Positions 8,508-18,358 of a stretch of DNA of 64,000 nucleotides are shown here, one piece after another. Under the pieces are notes generated by a model. It was not told where the DNA came from. It worked only from the letters and a program-made list of their open reading frames with translations, and searched no databases. A program made the translations under genes and the position numbers. The stretch's first letter is position 1, and each line of letters opens with the position of its first letter. Source of the stretch: a virus (taxonomy: Duplodnaviria; Caudoviricetes); IMG/VR virus record IMGVR_UViG_3300010352_000284, positions 1 through 64,000 of that record. One strand, written 5' to 3'.

Positions 8508-11267
8508 ATGCGATTAGAAAATAATATAGAAAATTACTATTCTACAAAAACATGTTATGATACAAATAATATTTTTAATGGGTTAGAGTTGTTTGATCCA
8601 GTATATACTATGGATATTAAAAATTTACCAACATCCGCTATACAAAATTATCCATATTTTTCAAAAGTTTATGTTTCCGAAGTTTCTGCTTGGTGTATAT
8701 CTGCAACAAATCCAACATCATCTACAAGGTATTGTAATATATATTTTGATATTTCTAAATTTTCTGGGTGTTTGTTAAATTTATATGCTAATTATAAAAT
8801 CACATCAGGAACTACACCATTAAGTATTGACCATAAATTCTATACAACATCAGCAACTTCTTATGGTTATATCAAGTCAGCTACGAGCGGAGAATTTACA
8901 GATTTTTATAATAACGCGGTTTATTATTTCCCAGAAGGCGTTCAATATGATTATATCCAGATTGGTATAACATCGGGTGGAACAGCTTTAATAAAAAATG
9001 TTCAAATGATATATGCAACTAAAAAAAATCAATATGTTGTTGATAATACATTAACTCCGGTTACAAATTATTTTGGGAATGTTGCGCGTGGTGGAAATAT
9101 ATCAAATGTTATAGGATTGTCAGGATTTGATGTTGATTTGTCTCAATTTAAAATGCTTAAAGATAATTATAATTTAAATGTTATACGATGGCAAATTGTT
9201 CCGCTTAATAGAGATTCTGTTCAGTTTGATTATTATGATTGGGAAAAAGCACAAGAGTGGCTAAATGTTAAAATAGATCAATTAAAAAAAGTATTGTCTT
9301 ATTGTGCTCAGAATAAGATAAAAGTAATAATTGATATGCACGTTCGTTTTGGTTTTGATACTATTAATGGAAAGGGTAAATTTTTAATTGATTCTGATAT
9401 AAGAGAAAAAAATATTGAAATGTGGCGAAGAGTTGCATCTGCAATTAAAGGACACCCCGCAATTTTTGCTTATGGAATTATTAACGAACCCGCAACAAAT
9501 CAAAACACAATTGGAATTTCTGCGGAATATCAAGACACAAGATTTGATATGTCTGTTAATGAATATCAAGAATTGTGCTGTAGGGAAATTCTAAAAATTG
9601 ATCCAACTGCGAGATTTTCATTAACTTGTACTAGACTATCAAACGCATTTGGTTTTACTTCTATTAAACCATCTAAATATCCGGCAGTTTATGAACTTCA
9701 TAATTATTTCACAGGAAGATATACAGTATCCGATTGGGGAGTTTCTGCGGATTACTACCCAGGATATTATGATTCTCAATATAGAAAATATGTTAATAAA
9801 ACAACTATGAAGGAATTTCTACAGCCAGTTAGAGATTTTCAATTGGCTCACAATGTTCCAATTTATGTTGGCGAATTTGGCGTTGTTCGTTGGGCACAAA
9901 ATGCGGCTCAATGGGTTAAAGAATGTATAGAAATATTTGAAGAATGGGGATGGAATTATACAGCGTTTGAATTTTTAAGTTATGCTCATATATTTGTTCC
10001 TTGGTACGACCCCGGAACATATAAAGACGATGTTTATGCACCATTAGCATCTGCACGGCCAACCGCAATTGAATATGAATATATAAAAGGAATATCTGCT
10101 TCAAATTCTCTTTATTCATATGAAGAAAATATTCCATATCCTATTAATGGAATTTCAGCAACAAAAACATCAACTGGGAAGATTAGATTTGGATGGGATG
10201 ACGCAAACTATCCTTTAAGTGCTTATAATTTCAATATATATAAACCAGAATATGGATGGCAAACAATCAAAACGTCCGCGAATTCGTTATTAGTTAGTGC
10301 TACTATAAATACAATATTGTCCGCAAATGTGACATCTACAAATGAATTCGGGACGGCTTCTGGAAATGTAATAAGTGATAAACCAATAGTAGTTTATCCA
10401 TTAGATAATATTTCATCAAAACCATATAGAGCATTATCTGTTAGAAAATTAACATCTGCTTATAATGGGCCGTTGTTGAATATTTATCGCACAGATGGGG
10501 CAAATTTAGATATCTATGCTGACAATACGGGAATTGTTGATTTATCAGCAATTAACAATTTCTTATCAGCAACATCTACAAGTGGATATGTTAGAACATG
10601 GTATGACCAATCTCCGAATTCTGCTCACGTCAGCGCAACACAGTTATCAAGAAGAGCATATATTGGATCGAATGGAGGAAACTTAATTTATAATGGTAAT
10701 ATTCTTGGTGCGCTATTTGATGGAACTAAAGGATATTTCGGAACAAGTGGAGTGTCAGCTTACACATCAGCAACTACATCAATCGCGGCGTTTAAATCAT
10801 TAAGTGCCCAAGCACAACAGACAACTCTTTGGTGTGAAATGTCAGCAGGAACACCATCAACAATATATGCCCCTATGGTAGTTTCTACGGATTTAACAAA
10901 AATTAAAGCGCATATTGTTTCAAATGATGGAACGGTTTTGATAACAAATTCAACTACAAGCGGGCCTATTGCTATAAATCAGCAAACCAATATTGTATCA
11001 GTTCAAGATGATTTTACAACAATAACTACAAAAGTCAATGGTAATAAATATTCAAAAAATACAGTTTCGTATATAGCATCCCGTGCTGCTCATCCAATTG
11101 ATTTGTCTCAGAACGGATATTTTTCATTTGGAGCAAAAACATCTCCCAGCACTTATAATACAGGAATTAACGCAATTGTTTCGGAATTGATAGTATTCGA
11201 TAAACACATACCGGATAATGAATTAGAGTTATTGGAAAATAATTTATTAGATTCTTATAAAAATTAG
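8508..11267 (+). CDS. Multidomain glycoside hydrolase (GH5/clan GH-A) with C-terminal arabinofuranosidase-B/ConA-like domain
   Basis: NVIRWQI, IIDMH, acid/base IINEP, ELHNY, nucleophile IYVGEFG, GWNY; C-terminal RALSVRKLTSAYNGPL...GYVRTWYDQS. Confidence 0.82.
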   Translation: MRLENNIENYYSTKTCYDTNNIFNGLELFDPVYTMDIKNLPTSAIQNYPYFSKVYVSEVSAWCISATNPTSSTRYCNIYFDISKFSGCLLNLYANYKITSGTTPLSIDHKFYTTSATSYGYIKSATSGEFTDFYNNAVYYFPEGVQYDYIQIGITSGGTALIKNVQMIYATKKNQYVVDNTLTPVTNYFGNVARGGNISNVIGLSGFDVDLSQFKMLKDNYNLNVIRWQIVPLNRDSVQFDYYDWEKAQEWLNVKIDQLKKVLSYCAQNKIKVIIDMHVRFGFDTINGKGKFLIDSDIREKNIEMWRRVASAIKGHPAIFAYGIINEPATNQNTIGISAEYQDTRFDMSVNEYQELCCREILKIDPTARFSLTCTRLSNAFGFTSIKPSKYPAVYELHNYFTGRYTVSDWGVSADYYPGYYDSQYRKYVNKTTMKEFLQPVRDFQLAHNVPIYVGEFGVVRWAQNAAQWVKECIEIFEEWGWNYTAFEFLSYAHIFVPWYDPGTYKDDVYAPLASARPTAIEYEYIKGISASNSLYSYEENIPYPINGISATKTSTGKIRFGWDDANYPLSAYNFNIYKPEYGWQTIKTSANSLLVSATINTILSANVTSTNEFGTASGNVISDKPIVVYPLDNISSKPYRALSVRKLTSAYNGPLLNIYRTDGANLDIYADNTGIVDLSAINNFLSATSTSGYVRTWYDQSPNSAHVSATQLSRRAYIGSNGGNLIYNGNILGALFDGTKGYFGTSGVSAYTSATTSIAAFKSLSAQAQQTTLWCEMSAGTPSTIYAPMVVSTDLTKIKAHIVSNDGTVLITNSTTSGPIAINQQTNIVSVQDDFTTITTKVNGNKYSKNTVSYIASRAAHPIDLSQNGYFSFGAKTSPSTYNTGINAIVSELIVFDKHIPDNELELLENNLLDSYKN

Positions 11268-11278
11268 TATTTAATTCC

Positions 11279-11286
11279 TATAAATA
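11279..11286 (+). promoter_or_regulatory. T4-type late promoter TATAAATA upstream of the long fibre gene
   Basis: Exact consensus; the leader has a small GCC-TTCG-GGC hairpin and GGAG SD. Confidence 0.7.
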
Positions 11287-11328
11287 CTCCTATAATGGCC
11301 TTCGGGCGTCCTTTTGGAGATTATGTTA

Positions 11329-14300
11329 ATGGCTGGATTTAAGAATGGTAGTTTATCGTTAAAAAGAAAAGACACTTCGGCGTCTTCTGACATTGGATTT
11401 ACTAATCTTAACTTCAGTACAGATAACGTAGCATATATTGTTGATGAATATGGTATTAAAAGACCAGTTACTCCTATATCAACAGGCGCTATAAATCTGC
11501 CACAAGAAACCCGATTAACTAATTCAGTTTATATTCCTTCATTTGAAATTAACATATTTGATAATTCATCATTCCAAGGAGTCATACATAGAAAAATTGT
11601 ACCAGAAACAACATTAAACATTACTTCAGGTGGCATAAATCAATATGTTGTCGCGACTTGGAATAATGGTTCCCCGATATTGTCTGTAACTTCAGATAAG
11701 AGTACCATAAATCAATCAAATGTTGTAGCTTGTTATCTTTTCTGGAATATTAATGGAACTATTCACGGGATGAGTTTCCATAATAAAGGTATTGGGCTAG
11801 CAAACAAAGTTGATATAGCATTAATTTCTACAGAGCCATTTAAAAGAAGTCTTGAAGGAGGATTGAGTTTATTAGAAGATGGGACGCGCCATGTTTTGGT
11901 AACGTCGGCGGTTGTTTATGCCGGTGTTACTCCATACAATATTTCTTATTATAATTCAAACATTGATAATTTAACAGAAGTACATCACACATCAGGAATT
12001 TGGACATTTAACTTAACATCCGGAACTTATGATAATACGAGATATGATAATGGTACTAATTTAGTTTCTGCGGGAACAAACAAATATTTGGTAAGATGGA
12101 TGTTTAGAGCTATTGGAGATGAAAAAGAAATATTGATGGTTTATGGAACTGATCAATACAATACATTAGATGCCGCAAAACTAGAAGCATTTCCAACAGT
12201 TCCGAATGTAGTGTTGAATCATTGCTTATATGTTGGCCGCATTATACTTCAATACGGAGCTTCTTCAGGTATTATAGAATCACCATTCGCGGTAAATTCT
12301 TCTACAGGTGGTGGAATAACAAATCATAACAATTTAACCAATCTTCAAGGTGGAAAAGCGGCATTATCGGAATATTATCATTTATCTCAAACAAATTTTT
12401 CATACATTTCGGCTGTCAGTGCTGATGTACAAGAGCAAATAAACGTTTTGAAAAATGCTACATTACCAGGGAATTGGATTGTTAGTGCTGGTAATGGATT
12501 GACAGGCGGGGGATATATTTCAGCATCTCCAACGATATCTTTGCAAAATATTTTATCTGGAGGAATATATACAAAAGTTAATGTTGATACGTATGGAAGA
12601 GTAACAACAGGAACAACTCTGACATCTGGAGACATTCCGCAATTACCTATTACTAGAATTGGTTCTGGAATAATTGATAATACTGAATTTGAATACCTTA
12701 ATGGAGTATCTGCTAATATTCAGAATCAATTTACAAATATTTCAGCAAATATAAAAGATAGTCTTGTAGGATTTCTTCCGATTTCTGGAGGAACATTAAC
12801 TGGTAATTTATCCGGATTGGGAATATCAGCAAATACTTTTTATAATTCACAATATTCTGGAAATTTAGTTCTTATATCTGATGCTAATAAGAATATTGGA
12901 GAAAGTGATGTTTCTATTGTTACTTTAGAATATATTAATGGCACTTCTGCCAACATTCAGACTCAGTTAAACAACATTTCAGCACTCGATTCTCAAAAAG
13001 CATTAAAAACAATCACGATTACTGCCGGAACGGGTTTGACGGGCGGCGGAGATTTAAGCACAAACAGAACATTATCTCATCAAACTGTAGGAACTTCTGG
13101 AACATATTCAAACATTGTGACAAACTCAACAGGGCATATAACATCTGCAAGAAATTTGATTGCTGTAGATATGCCTTCTGGGATAGACACAACTAAAATT
13201 GCAGATGGCTCGGTTGATAATAATGAGTTTCAATTTCTTAATGGCACTACTTCAAATATTCAAAATCAGATTGATTCAAAATTGGCTAAAAACGCAACCA
13301 TACAACAAGGAACAGGAATAGTAATTTCAAATTCTTTTTTGTCGGCATCTCCAATAGTATCACTTTCTCAATTTGGAACATCTGGAAATTATGACATTGT
13401 TCAAACTGATGCTTATGGAAGAGTCGTGTCTGGCCGTGCTCAAACTTCCGCAGATATTCCTCAAATTCCTGCTACAAAAATAGGTTCAGGTAATATTTCA
13501 AATCAAGAATTTGAATATTTAGATACTGTCTCGGCTAACATACAAACTCAGCTAAACTCAAAAACAAATACAACAAATTTAACAGCATATCAAGCACGTT
13601 CTGAGAAAGGTAACTCGCTTGGATATGCTGCTCTTGATTCAAATTCAAAAATATATACAAGTTCTGTTCCAGATTTTATTCTTGGGCAATTAAGATATGC
13701 GGGTACTTGGAACGCAAATACAAACAGTCCAGTATTGCCAGTACCAAGTTCGGTTTCAGGTAATTTTTATATTGTAACAGTTTCAGGAACTACGATTCCA
13801 AATGGTCTAAATCCTAATACATCAGCATCGTTATTCCCAACAGGTATCAAATGGCATGTTGGTGATTGGATTGTGTCGGATGGCATATATTGGGATAAAA
13901 TAGATAATACTGACGCAATATCAACTTGGAATGGCCGTCTAGGAGCGATTGTTCCGATTGATGGAGATTATAATGCAAAGCAAATTACAAATACTCCTTC
14001 TGGAAATATAACTGCTGCAAATGTTCAAAATGCTATAAATGAACTTGATAGTGAAAAAGTTCCAACTAGCCGAACAGTTAATACAGGGGTTGGATTAACT
14101 GGAGGAGGTACATTAACTGCTGATAGAACAATATCACTTTCTCCATTTGGTACGTCTGGAAATTATGACATTGTGCAAACTGATACTTATGGACGTGTAA
14201 TTTCTGGCCGTCCCCAAACTTCAGCAGACATTCCTCAAATACCAGCAACTAAAATTGGTTCTGGCAATATTTCAAATCAAGAGTTTGAATATCTTGACAC

Positions 14301-16935
14301 AGTTTCAGCAAACATTCAGGCCCAATTCAACAACATTTCTGCCATTGCTTCTCAGAAAGCTTTGAAGACAATCACAATAACCGCCGGAGAAATGTTGTCT
14401 GGAGGCGGAGACTTAAATACAAATAGAACAATATCTCATCAAACTGTAGGAATTGCAGGAACATATTCAAACATTGTGACAAACTCAACAGGGCATATAA
14501 CATCAGCAAGAAATTTAATATCCGCAGATGTTCCTCAGATTCCAGCGACAAAAATTGGTTCTGGAAACATTTCAAATCAAGAATTTGAATATCTTGATAA
14601 TGTTTCGGCTAATATTCAGACACAGTTTAACAATCTTTCCGCGAGAACATCTCCATATCAAAACTGGAATACTGCTTATACAACGGTTAACTCAAACTCA
14701 GCAGATTGGGAAACCGCAGCAGCGAACAGTCACACTCACTCAAATAAATCAACTCTTGATTTGGTCAACCAGAGTCTAAACACTTCAGCAAGTCCAACAT
14801 TCGCAGGACTGACGGTTGGTAATGTCTCAAATACGGAAATTGGATATCTTGACACAGTTTCAGCAAACATTCAGACACAGTTCAACACCATTTCAGCACT
14901 CGATTCTCAAAAAGCATTAAAAACAATCACGATTACTGCCGGAACGGGTTTGACGGGCGGCGGCGATCTTTCAACAAACAGAACATTATCTTTATCAACA
15001 ACCGGAACATCTGGAACATATACAAAAGTAACAACTGATGCTTATGGAAGAGTAATAGCAGGCATAACTTTGACATCTGGAGACATTCCAACAATCCCAG
15101 TATCAAAAATTCAAGATTCTTCAACCGACAGATTTGTCTCAGATACTCAAATTGGTCAATGGTCATCAAATTACACAACTGTTAATTCAAACTCAGCAGA
15201 TTGGGAAACCGCAGCGGCGAACACTCATACCCACTCAAACAAATCAACTCTTGATTTGGTCAACCAGAGTTTAAACACTTCAGCAAGTCCAACATTCTCA
15301 GGACTGACGGTTGGCAATGTTTCAAATACAGAAATTGGTTACCTTGATGGAACCTCAGCAAATATTCAGACACAGTTAAACACGAAACAACTTTCTCTTG
15401 GGTACACTCCTGTCAACAAGGCAGGGGACACCGGCGTTGGATCGCTCACGCTTGCCAATGGAAATCATCTGGAGGCCCGAGCGGACACGCTGCCCTCCAC
15501 TTCGGCAAATACCGCATATTTACAAGCCGGTCTTATTACCGGTCGAGTCGCTACTAGTGGTAATACTTATGCCGCTGGCGTCGGGTTTCGTAATGTCGGA
15601 GGGAACGCCGCCCTTTTGTACTATTCTCCCGAATCCTCTGTGTTTAAGTACAACCGTCACACGGGGCCAATAGTCACTCTTTGGGATACATCTAATCTCA
15701 CCAATCTCAACCAGCTTACGAATGGCCCTGGCTACATCACGGCCTCTGGTGTCAAAGAGCTGTACAACTGGTACTCCTCGCGTCCTACCGACTGTAACCT
15801 CGCGCAAGATGGTAATGGTGGAGTGCGGTCATTCGTGGCAACCAATTCTATGTCGGCACACAAGCCTCCACAGGGCGATTCCGCGATCCTCCATCTTGGC
15901 TGGGATACCACCGTGGGGTGGGACTCGCAGGTAGCTGTAGCAAATGTTACCGGCCAAATCCAGGTTAGATCGCAAGACACTGGCGTTTGGGGCGAATGGC
16001 ACACCGTATGGGATTCTGTCAATTTAACCGATTCAGATATATCCAACTGGAATACTGCTTATGCAAACACTCATACACACTTAAATCAATCAAAACTTGA
16101 TTTGGTCAACCAGAATTTAAACACTTCAGCAAGTCCAAGTTTTGCAAAATTATACATTACAAATGATGGTTCGGGAGAAAATTTACTAATAGGTAACGAT
16201 CTTTGGATTGGAGACATAGATCATGAAAGTACAGCATTATTAAAAGGAGCAATTAATTCAGAAACAGCGTATCTCAAATTTACGTCTGATGGCCCGAAGG
16301 TTGGATATGATGGAACAGATTTTAGTATAATAAATGGTGGCGGAAGTTCGTCTCTTTTACTCGGTGGAGGTTCAAATCTTAGCAGTGCATTAGTTCTACG
16401 TGGTACTATGGGAAGTACAATTGTATTTAATTCGGGAAATGATGATTTTAGAATTAATGGGAGAACTGGAAGCTCTGGAAAATTTGAAATTGATTCGTAT
16501 AACGCAGGTTCTTATGTAGATACTCCTGTGACAATTGGAAAATTATCAACAAGTAATATTGATATAACTAGAAATGTAAATCTTCCAGCAGCTAGGATGG
16601 GAGTATTCACGATTCCAAGTTATGATTATACTCTTGAACAGGGTAAATATTATTATGTTATACCAAAGACTCAATCAACAACAGCTACAGGTACAATTTA
16701 TTTACCAGCATCTCCAACAGCAGGATGTTCTTTTATGATAATGGGTACTAATGGTGGGAGTTCGGGAAATCCAAATACATGTAATGTTAATGGACATGGT
16801 AAATCAATTATAATTACAAATAATAATACTACATCTCAAGCACACGGCACGGTTAATGAAATTCAATTATTAATGAACATGATATTTGTATATGATGGAA
16901 CATATTGGTATGTTTTCAAATCAATACCTGGATAA
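11329..16935 (+). CDS. Long tail fibre (~1870 aa) with internal repeats and a knob-like receptor-binding segment
   Basis: Repeated TAGTGLTGGG, YTKV.VD.YGRV, EF.YLD.VSANIQ.Q fibre motifs; LGYTPVNKAGD junction; RS...GVWGEW knob motif; start placed at ATG 11329 by SD spacing. Confidence 0.88.
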   Translation: MAGFKNGSLSLKRKDTSASSDIGFTNLNFSTDNVAYIVDEYGIKRPVTPISTGAINLPQETRLTNSVYIPSFEINIFDNSSFQGVIHRKIVPETTLNITSGGINQYVVATWNNGSPILSVTSDKSTINQSNVVACYLFWNINGTIHGMSFHNKGIGLANKVDIALISTEPFKRSLEGGLSLLEDGTRHVLVTSAVVYAGVTPYNISYYNSNIDNLTEVHHTSGIWTFNLTSGTYDNTRYDNGTNLVSAGTNKYLVRWMFRAIGDEKEILMVYGTDQYNTLDAAKLEAFPTVPNVVLNHCLYVGRIILQYGASSGIIESPFAVNSSTGGGITNHNNLTNLQGGKAALSEYYHLSQTNFSYISAVSADVQEQINVLKNATLPGNWIVSAGNGLTGGGYISASPTISLQNILSGGIYTKVNVDTYGRVTTGTTLTSGDIPQLPITRIGSGIIDNTEFEYLNGVSANIQNQFTNISANIKDSLVGFLPISGGTLTGNLSGLGISANTFYNSQYSGNLVLISDANKNIGESDVSIVTLEYINGTSANIQTQLNNISALDSQKALKTITITAGTGLTGGGDLSTNRTLSHQTVGTSGTYSNIVTNSTGHITSARNLIAVDMPSGIDTTKIADGSVDNNEFQFLNGTTSNIQNQIDSKLAKNATIQQGTGIVISNSFLSASPIVSLSQFGTSGNYDIVQTDAYGRVVSGRAQTSADIPQIPATKIGSGNISNQEFEYLDTVSANIQTQLNSKTNTTNLTAYQARSEKGNSLGYAALDSNSKIYTSSVPDFILGQLRYAGTWNANTNSPVLPVPSSVSGNFYIVTVSGTTIPNGLNPNTSASLFPTGIKWHVGDWIVSDGIYWDKIDNTDAISTWNGRLGAIVPIDGDYNAKQITNTPSGNITAANVQNAINELDSEKVPTSRTVNTGVGLTGGGTLTADRTISLSPFGTSGNYDIVQTDTYGRVISGRPQTSADIPQIPATKIGSGNISNQEFEYLDTVSANIQAQFNNISAIASQKALKTITITAGEMLSGGGDLNTNRTISHQTVGIAGTYSNIVTNSTGHITSARNLISADVPQIPATKIGSGNISNQEFEYLDNVSANIQTQFNNLSARTSPYQNWNTAYTTVNSNSADWETAAANSHTHSNKSTLDLVNQSLNTSASPTFAGLTVGNVSNTEIGYLDTVSANIQTQFNTISALDSQKALKTITITAGTGLTGGGDLSTNRTLSLSTTGTSGTYTKVTTDAYGRVIAGITLTSGDIPTIPVSKIQDSSTDRFVSDTQIGQWSSNYTTVNSNSADWETAAANTHTHSNKSTLDLVNQSLNTSASPTFSGLTVGNVSNTEIGYLDGTSANIQTQLNTKQLSLGYTPVNKAGDTGVGSLTLANGNHLEARADTLPSTSANTAYLQAGLITGRVATSGNTYAAGVGFRNVGGNAALLYYSPESSVFKYNRHTGPIVTLWDTSNLTNLNQLTNGPGYITASGVKELYNWYSSRPTDCNLAQDGNGGVRSFVATNSMSAHKPPQGDSAILHLGWDTTVGWDSQVAVANVTGQIQVRSQDTGVWGEWHTVWDSVNLTDSDISNWNTAYANTHTHLNQSKLDLVNQNLNTSASPSFAKLYITNDGSGENLLIGNDLWIGDIDHESTALLKGAINSETAYLKFTSDGPKVGYDGTDFSIINGGGSSSLLLGGGSNLSSALVLRGTMGSTIVFNSGNDDFRINGRTGSSGKFEIDSYNAGSYVDTPVTIGKLSTSNIDITRNVNLPAARMGVFTIPSYDYTLEQGKYYYVIPKTQSTTATGTIYLPASPTAGCSFMIMGTNGGSSGNPNTCNVNGHGKSIIITNNNTTSQAHGTVNEIQLLMNMIFVYDGTYWYVFKSIPG
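12950..14990 (+). repeat. Imperfect intragenic direct repeats in the fibre (~12950-13160, ~14310-14520, ~14865-14990; and ~13360-13560 vs ~14135-14330)
   Basis: Long near-identical DNA blocks, e.g. CATTTCAGCACTCGATTCTCAAAAAGCATTAAAAACAATCACGATTACTGCCGGAACGGGTTTGACGGGCGGCGG occurs at ~12975 and ~14889. Confidence 0.9.
14662..16143 (+). repeat. Three copies of a direct repeat (~14662-14886, ~15172-15381, partial ~16045-16143)
   Basis: Shared core CTTGATTTGGTCAACCAGA.T.TAAACACTTCAGCAAGTCCAA in all three copies. Confidence 0.9.
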
Positions 16936-16936
16936 T

Positions 16937-17800
16937 ATGGATTTTAACACAATAACATTAATACATAATCAGGAGAAGAATCTAGCTCAATTGTTAGATT
17001 CGTATTCCTCACAATCTATCAAACCAAACAATTTTATATTTGTTCTTGATAGATGTACTGACGATTCTGAAAATATGATAAATGATTTTTCCAACAAGTA
17101 TAACACAACTATAATTAAAAATGAAAATGGCTCGGATTTTATGGCTGGGTATTGTAGAGATTTGGCATATTCAACATTTAATAATCTCCCTGTAATTTTT
17201 CTTGATGGTGATTGTATTCCTTCTCCTGATTTATTTCATCAGTTTGCTTTGGAATTTGAAAGAAACAAAAATGGCATAGTAATTGGAAGTAGAAGATTAG
17301 AAGATAATAATGGCCATATTGATGAAGATAGAAGAGTAATTATTCCTTGGGTAAAAGGACTTATATTTAATGATGATAAAAATTTGGATATAACGAATTT
17401 ATTTTTCGCTAAGAATGGTCTATTGACGATTTCTTGTTGTCTTGGAATTACACCATCCTCGGCTAATATCATTTCAAACATTAATGAAAAGATAACTGGG
17501 AATAGAAGAATATTTTCAAGTTCGTTTGATGGTAGATATGGTGGAGAAGATGATGTTGTTGGTTTGATTGCAATGTTTTACAATATTCAAATTTCTTCAA
17601 TAGCAACAAATCATCACGTTCTTCATAAATGGCATGAAAATCACATGAAGGAAGAATTTCAAGACCGAATAAATATTGAATATGAAAAAATAAAAGAACA
17701 GGCAATTAAAGATAATGCTCCAGGACTATATAATAAAGACATTGATTTTTCTGAATATGTACAGAATTTTGTTTTTTCTCAAATGATGAACAGTAAATAG
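16937..17800 (+). CDS. Family-2 (GT-A) glycosyltransferase, copy 1 (start revised to ATG 16937)
   Basis: IHNQE, VLDRCTDDS, FLDGDCIP (DxD), FDGRYGGEDD, HKWH; starts 1 nt after the fibre stop codon. Confidence 0.88.
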   Translation: MDFNTITLIHNQEKNLAQLLDSYSSQSIKPNNFIFVLDRCTDDSENMINDFSNKYNTTIIKNENGSDFMAGYCRDLAYSTFNNLPVIFLDGDCIPSPDLFHQFALEFERNKNGIVIGSRRLEDNNGHIDEDRRVIIPWVKGLIFNDDKNLDITNLFFAKNGLLTISCCLGITPSSANIISNINEKITGNRRIFSSSFDGRYGGEDDVVGLIAMFYNIQISSIATNHHVLHKWHENHMKEEFQDRINIEYEKIKEQAIKDNAPGLYNKDIDFSEYVQNFVFSQMMNSK

Positions 17801-17815
17801 TTTTAGAGGACTTTT

Positions 17816-18358
17816 ATGACAGACCCAATTTCAAAAGCATTAAATACATCGTTTGAATCAGAAATGGCATCAGCTAATCTTGAAATTGAAAAGATTAATG
17901 AAGAGATAACTGCGCTTGAGAAGACTAATGAAAAAGTCAGAACAAAAGCGTATCGAATGGAAGATAAAGAATATATTGAATTTGAGCTTAAATCATTAAT
18001 AGCATCAAATCAAAACATTAAAGCTAGATTAGAAGATGAATTAATGAAACAAGGAACGAAAGCGTCAATGTTTGAAGTGTATACATTGATTTGTAATGCT
18101 ATTCATAATGCTCTTAGAGAATTGAGACAGTTGAATAGAGATGTTGTTGATGTCGCGATTGCTGAAAGAAGAATGGTTGTTAGAGAAACAGAAACAGGAG
18201 TCAACAAGAATTCGTTCAATGGTCCAGTCACAGTGAACAATTCCTACGTGCTGAATTCGAATGATCTTGAAAAAATGATCTCGGACGCTAGACAGAATTC
18301 CCAATTGAACGAGATTGAAGTTGATTTTGAATCTGATAGGAAGAACATCAAAGCATGA
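17816..18358 (+). CDS. gp16: Terminase small subunit, T4 gp16-like
   Basis: D.EY....L.SLI....... .MFEVY..I.N.....L..L..L...VTVNNSYVLNSNDLEKMI pattern matches gp16 architecture; TAAATA upstream. Confidence 0.6.
   Translation: MTDPISKALNTSFESEMASANLEIEKINEEITALEKTNEKVRTKAYRMEDKEYIEFELKSLIASNQNIKARLEDELMKQGTKASMFEVYTLICNAIHNALRELRQLNRDVVDVAIAERRMVVRETETGVNKNSFNGPVTVNNSYVLNSNDLEKMISDARQNSQLNEIEVDFESDRKNIKA

Noticed and set aside
11298-11307. C(UUCG)G hairpin in the fibre leader as a regulatory RNA
   Set aside because: The stem is only 3 bp, too little to support a separate element; it is noted only within the promoter feature.
12950-16143. Fibre repeats as a DGR template/variable repeat pair
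   Set aside because: Differences between copies are not confined to adenines, all copies are in frame inside one gene, and no reverse transcriptase is present in the window.
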